Source: a bacterium (GTDB lineage: Bacteria; Electryoneota; Electryoneia; Electryoneales; Electryoneaceae). Taken from it: a stretch of DNA of 30,705 nt. The notes below the pieces were generated by a model that saw only the letters and a program-made list of their open reading frames with translations, made no database searches and was not told the origin of the DNA. Shown here in pieces: positions 26,469-30,705 of the stretch. The stretch covers positions 1 through 30,705 of the forward strand of contig JAZDLX010000151.1 in assembly GCA_043801585.1 (NCBI GenBank), read 5' to 3'. The translations under genes and the position numbers were made by a program. The first letter of the stretch is position 1. Every line of letters starts with the position of its first letter.

Positions 26469-27659
26469 TCAGTCGTGTTTCAACACCCGCTCTACATAAT
26501 CTTCGAGGGCAACTTGGTGCCCGACGTTTCGTTGCGCACGTTCAGACAGGAACCACTTGTGGTCCAGCAGCTCACAGTAAAGATCAATGTCTGAACGGCC
26601 GGAAAGAGCTTCTTTCAGCAGTTTTGCGGTGAACGGCTGGAAGACCTCGAACTGCCAATGAAAGGCGGCGGCGGAGAGACTGACACTCCGTTTTGTCTCT
26701 TCTGACAGCCGGAAACGGTGTTCCTGGATCTCGTTGAGCAGTTGCCGGGCCTGTAATTCCTCGGCGTCCATGCCGGTGAGGGAATAGAGGAGATCATGGT
26801 GGTAGTGACGGTCCGCGACCACCGCCCGCAACTGAAGGCTGCCGGTATCCCCTTCTCGGATTCTTATTTCCCGTACGGAGAATCCGAGGTCATTAAGGGC
26901 ACGGATTCTCTGATGGATTTTCCACCTTTCACTCGGGTCGAATGTCTCTTCCCGATTGATCTCTTCCCACAAGGACAAATAGCGTGAGCGTATGTAGCCG
27001 CCGACATCACCGGGTTCCACTTCGAGACCCCGCATCGCAGCGAGATCCGCCAATGCGCCTTCCACGTTTTCCTCCATGATGTCGAGGTCGTGCTCACGCA
27101 TGCCGTGTGACAGGTCGTCATGAATTTCAGTGGTCTCAGCGTCCACGAGATACGCCTGCAAGGCTCCGGCATCCCGACGGAAGAGCGTGTTGGCAAGCGA
27201 ACAGTCTCCCCAGAAAATCCCTGCAAGGTGAAGCTGTACAAGCAGGCCTGCCATTGCATCGAGCATTCTTTCACGGTCGGGAGTAGGCTCGTCGGATGAA
27301 AAAAGCATCTGGTAGGGCAACGAGCGATTCAGATGGCGTGTGATCAGCACGCTTCGCGGTTCGGAATCTGAACGCGGTGTGACATGGCCGACGGGACGAA
27401 CGACGGGAAGGTGGCGACTCTCCATTTCCACTAATGCGTCGTATTCCTGGACCGCCAGATCGTTTGGGAGTTCCTTCAACGCGAACAGGTTGCCTTCATA
27501 ATTGACAAACACCACCGGATGCCGCCCCACTCCTCGCGGAATCGTTTCCAGCCTGTCGCAGTGGCCCTCCCAGTGCGACAGGGGCAGGTGCCAGGGCAGA
27601 TCGAGAAAGTCGGGTTTCCCTTGCCGTAAAAGGCTGAATTCAATAGACGGAGTGGGCAT
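26469..27659 (-). CDS. DUF4032-type protein with protein-kinase-like (Kdo/WaaP-like) domain
   Basis: FLDLPWHLPL start, FALKE, LHLAGIFWGDCSLAN (catalytic D...N), LVDAET (DFG-like) and HKWFLSE tail. Confidence 0.8.
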   Translation of the reverse strand: MPTPSIEFSLLRQGKPDFLDLPWHLPLSHWEGHCDRLETIPRGVGRHPVVFVNYEGNLFALKELPNDLAVQEYDALVEMESRHLPVVRPVGHVTPRSDSEPRSVLITRHLNRSLPYQMLFSSDEPTPDRERMLDAMAGLLVQLHLAGIFWGDCSLANTLFRRDAGALQAYLVDAETTEIHDDLSHGMREHDLDIMEENVEGALADLAAMRGLEVEPGDVGGYIRSRYLSLWEEINREETFDPSERWKIHQRIRALNDLGFSVREIRIREGDTGSLQLRAVVADRHYHHDLLYSLTGMDAEELQARQLLNEIQEHRFRLSEETKRSVSLSAAAFHWQFEVFQPFTAKLLKEALSGRSDIDLYCELLDHKWFLSERAQRNVGHQVALEDYVERVLKHD

Positions 27660-27746
27660 TGCCTCCTCGAATGAATTTTCAGAAGAAAGTAAGGCGAAAA
27701 AGGGGTGGACAAACCGGTGTTCACAATGTCACGAGAGAACGCCGGA

Positions 27747-27791
27747 TTGAAAGGGAACAGCCACCGGGGAGAATTCCCCGGTGGCTGTTCC
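27747..27791 (-). terminator. Terminator downstream of gdh
   Basis: Perfect 17-bp stem GGAACAGCCACCGGGGA-GAAT-TCCCCGGTGGCTGTTCC (27754-27791), followed by a short T-run on the minus strand. Confidence 0.8.
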
Positions 27792-27818
27792 GGTCTCGGT
27801 CAAACCCGGGTACTACGA

Positions 27819-29105
27819 TCAGCACCAGCCGCGGTCCTTGCACGCCTGGGCGACACGGTTGATCGAAATGACATAGGCTGCGTCACGCATGAACAACTTC
27901 CGTTTTACCGCCAGATCATGGACGGCGTGGAAAGCCTCGGTCATCTTGACGTCCAGTTTGCCAAGCACTTCGTCACGCGTCCAGAAGTAGTTCATGTTGC
28001 TCTGCACCTGCTCGAAGTAACTGCAGGTAACTCCGCCGGCATTGGCGAGAAAGTCAGGAATCACGTAAATGCCGCGCTTGTAAAGGACTTCATCGGCTTC
28101 CGGAGTCGTCGGACCGTTGGCCCCTTCCGCAACAATCTTCACCTTTTCGCTGATCTTGTTCACGTTATCGGCAGTGATCTGATGCTCAAGCGCGGCGGGG
28201 ATAAGGATGTCCGCTTCCTGCTCAATCCACGCATCACCCGGGAGCACTTCGTAGCCAAGATCCTTCGCTTTGATCTTGTCAATACCGCCGAACCGGTCGG
28301 TGATCTTCAGCAGTTCGTCAACATCGATGCCGGAGTCGCGTTTGAAGGTGTAGCTTGCCTGATCCGACTGATCCCAGGAAGAAACGCAGACAACCTTGCC
28401 GCCGAGCTGCGTGTAGAGACGGACAGCGTACTGCGAAACATTCCCGAATCCCTGCACTGCGGCGGTCGATCCCTCCGGGTGAATCCCCATGGTCTTAAGG
28501 GCTTCACGGATGGTGAAGACAACGCCGAAACCTGTCGCTTCCGTGCGGCCGAGGCTGCCGCCCATGCCCACCGGCTTCCCGGTGATGAACCCGGGATAGT
28601 GGCCGCCGGAGAGCTGCTCGTACTCGTCAAGCATCCACAGCATGTGCTGGCTGTTGGTCATCACATCGGGCGCGGGAATGTCGTTCACCGGGCCCACATT
28701 CTTCCACACCTGACGGACCCATCCGCGTGCGATCTGCTCCTGCTCGCGCATCGAGAGGTTGTGAGGATCGCAGATCACGCCACCCTTTCCGCCGCCGAGA
28801 GGAATATCCACCACGGCGCATTTCCACGTCATCCACATTGACAGGGCACGCACGGTGTCGATCGTCTCCTGGGGGTGAAAACGGATACCACCCTTCGAGG
28901 GGCCGCGGGCGTCATTGTGCTGCACCCGAAATCCCCGAAACACTTTCACCGTGCCATCATCCATGTGCACCGGAATGCTGAAATGGTACTCGCGCAAGGG
29001 ATTGCGCAGCAATTCGCGTGTGCCCTCGTCCAGCTCCAGTAGTTGAGCGACTTTGTCAAACTGCTCCTGAGCCATGGCGAATGGATTAAACGCCGAGCTG
29101 CTCAT
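27819..29105 (-). CDS. gdhA: Glu/Leu/Phe/Val dehydrogenase, glutamate dehydrogenase type
   Basis: GFRVQHNDARGPSKGGIRFHP, MTWKCA, PLGGGKGG, DIPAPDV, ITGKP, GRTEATG, VQGFGNV, AEGANGP and NAGGVTCSYFE. AGGAG SD before ATG 29105. Confidence 0.96.
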   Translation of the reverse strand: MSSSAFNPFAMAQEQFDKVAQLLELDEGTRELLRNPLREYHFSIPVHMDDGTVKVFRGFRVQHNDARGPSKGGIRFHPQETIDTVRALSMWMTWKCAVVDIPLGGGKGGVICDPHNLSMREQEQIARGWVRQVWKNVGPVNDIPAPDVMTNSQHMLWMLDEYEQLSGGHYPGFITGKPVGMGGSLGRTEATGFGVVFTIREALKTMGIHPEGSTAAVQGFGNVSQYAVRLYTQLGGKVVCVSSWDQSDQASYTFKRDSGIDVDELLKITDRFGGIDKIKAKDLGYEVLPGDAWIEQEADILIPAALEHQITADNVNKISEKVKIVAEGANGPTTPEADEVLYKRGIYVIPDFLANAGGVTCSYFEQVQSNMNYFWTRDEVLGKLDVKMTEAFHAVHDLAVKRKLFMRDAAYVISINRVAQACKDRGWC

Positions 29106-29548
29106 CGTGCTTCTCCTGACTGTCAAGGATTCCGGCATCTGACCGGAATCCGGTTTCCTATTTGGAAAAAAATGGCCTTATCAGAGGTCCAATTTTGTGA
29201 CGAATGTAGCGAGGTTTGCTCTGGGGGGCAAGGTGGTTCTCGCAGGGCTCGCTCTCATGAAAGCTCCTGTTACCAGCTGTTAATAAAAAAGTTGAGTGAT
29301 TCGGATTGAAGGCCTGTAGGGGGCCTGCCCGGCATCGTTACATCGGGCACTTGACGATTCGTTTTACAGATTTCTGTCAATTCTTATGATAAGATCGTCA
29401 GGTGTTGCCGAAGTGCTTTTCATCATGGGTGATTGTGATTCTTATGTGACAAGTCTCTCTGAGCATTTGGCGGACAACACCTGAAATTAAAAGAACGCTA
29501 TTTTTCTGTTTCCTCATTGTTGCTATATATCAACAGTTATCACCATTA

Positions 29549-30705
29549 ATGATGCGTGCCATGCACCCCAAAAGACGTTTCGCTGTCCTCAAATGTCTGT
29601 TGCTGGGAGTTTTTGTCCTGCCATCGACTCTGTCCGCTCAGACTTTTTGTGGTGTTCTCCTCGAAGTTTCTATCGGAAGTTTAAGCGATACAGAGAATTA
29701 CGCTGGATTTGATGACAATGCAACCGATGCCTATGACTCAGGTATCGACGCCCCGGAACCCCCCGCTCCTGTCGGTGACTACGTTCGCCTGGCGTTCAAT
29801 CCGATGGCTGGCGCACCCGAATCCTTCACAGAATTTCGAACGGATTGGCGGGAACCCGTCGAATTGCCGCTCGATAGCGCTGTAATATGGACGTTTTTTA
29901 TCTCGACAACTCTGGATACCGGTCAGGTTGTCCTTTCGGTGCAGCTTGGCGACGAACTCGATGCCAGTCTGCCGGTGTACCTCTGGGATGGCAACCAGTA
30001 TAACAACCTCCGGATGACAACGTCGCTGAATTGGACCGCCACCGCTCAGACGAAACGTAACATGACGCTCTATATCGGTTCTCCCGGTAAACCTTTTGTA
30101 TCCGTGCTGGGTCCATCACCGAACGAAGAACTACCTCCGAACGAGCCGGTTGATTGCAGTTGGTCCGTTGCCAGCACGGTGACCATCCAGAGGACTCAGG
30201 TCGAATTCAGTCTCGATGGCGGCACTCAATTCACTGTTCTCGCCGATGTGGACTCACTGATCACCGCCTGTCAATGGACGACTCCCGACAGCGGAGTCAC
30301 CGATGGTGTCTTTCAGGTACAAGTGACTGATTCAATCGGTCAGCAGGCATCCTCTTCCGTTTCCTTTCACGTGCTTGATCCCAGTTCCGAGCTCACCGGC
30401 ATCCAGCTTGTCTCGCCGGCCGAGGGTGCCGTGATCGATGGTGGTGATTCCATTCTGGTCGACTGGACCTGGTTGGGAGGTACTTCAAACGTCAGCGGAG
30501 CTGAGATCCAGACGAGCACCAATCAGGGCAATTCCTGGACCACTGTATACACATCTGATGACACGTTGAGCCGTGCAACTTGGGTGGTACCGGAGGACGT
30601 TTTCACCAATGACGCCTATTTGCGGGTTGTTTCAACGGTCACCTCGGGACTGGTCCAACAGGATTCAGCGGTCGCACTGACCATTCGTCCACCGTTGCTG
30701 CAGAA
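29549..30705 (+). CDS. Large secreted protein with Ig-like repeats (truncated by window end)
   Basis: Open frame absent from the ORF track because it has no stop: MMRAMHPKRRFAVLKCLLLGVFVLPSTLSAQ (Sec signal), ATDAYDSGIDAPEPP, then repeats with FSLDGG...QWTTP and STNQGNSW...WVVP. Start could be 29549, 29552 or 29561. Confidence 0.8.
   Translation, partial: MMRAMHPKRRFAVLKCLLLGVFVLPSTLSAQTFCGVLLEVSIGSLSDTENYAGFDDNATDAYDSGIDAPEPPAPVGDYVRLAFNPMAGAPESFTEFRTDWREPVELPLDSAVIWTFFISTTLDTGQVVLSVQLGDELDASLPVYLWDGNQYNNLRMTTSLNWTATAQTKRNMTLYIGSPGKPFVSVLGPSPNEELPPNEPVDCSWSVASTVTIQRTQVEFSLDGGTQFTVLADVDSLITACQWTTPDSGVTDGVFQVQVTDSIGQQASSSVSFHVLDPSSELTGIQLVSPAEGAVIDGGDSILVDWTWLGGTSNVSGAEIQTSTNQGNSWTTVYTSDDTLSRATWVVPEDVFTNDAYLRVVSTVTSGLVQQDSAVALTIRPPLLQ

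Noticed and set aside
27705..28841. 378-aa ORF antisense to gdh
   Set aside because: Shadow frame of a strongly conserved gene; no recognisable motifs, and it runs through the terminator hairpin.
29382..29394. Palindrome TCTTATGATAAGA upstream of gdh
   Set aside because: Short AT-rich palindrome that could arise by chance; no matching known operator recognised.

Overview
Bacterial chromosomal window, probably from an FCB-related lineage. That guess rests on an MGQQQLLL-type pilin, a secretin and a secreted Ig-repeat protein. Left to right: (1) the end of an arsenic-resistance operon (acr3 3' end, arsC); (2) a 1.25-kb integrase-less islet inserted at the 3' end of ccsA, bounded by a 36-bp direct repeat and carrying a Fic-domain gene plus a convergent FicA/VbhA-like putative antitoxin; (3) a three-gene system II cytochrome c biogenesis operon (ccsB/resB, a small ResB-like ORF, an enlarged ccsA); (4) a ~12-kb divergent type IV filament cluster (leaderless major pilin-like gene, pilC, pilB, three minor-pilin-like genes, pilT, pilM-N fusion, pilO-P fusion, short secretin; no prepilin peptidase in the window); (5) a KamA-family radical SAM gene and a metallophosphoesterase; (6) a glutamate dehydrogenase gene followed on the same strand by a kinase-like DUF4032-type gene and two coupled PEP-synthase-like ATP-grasp/phospho-His proteins, one with a nucleotidyltransferase tail; (7) the 5' part of a large secreted protein. 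The best candidates for undescribed biology are the non-canonical pilus, the gdh-linked dikinase/NTase/kinase/phosphoesterase module and the Fic islet. All assignments come from motif recognition by eye; no database searches were run.
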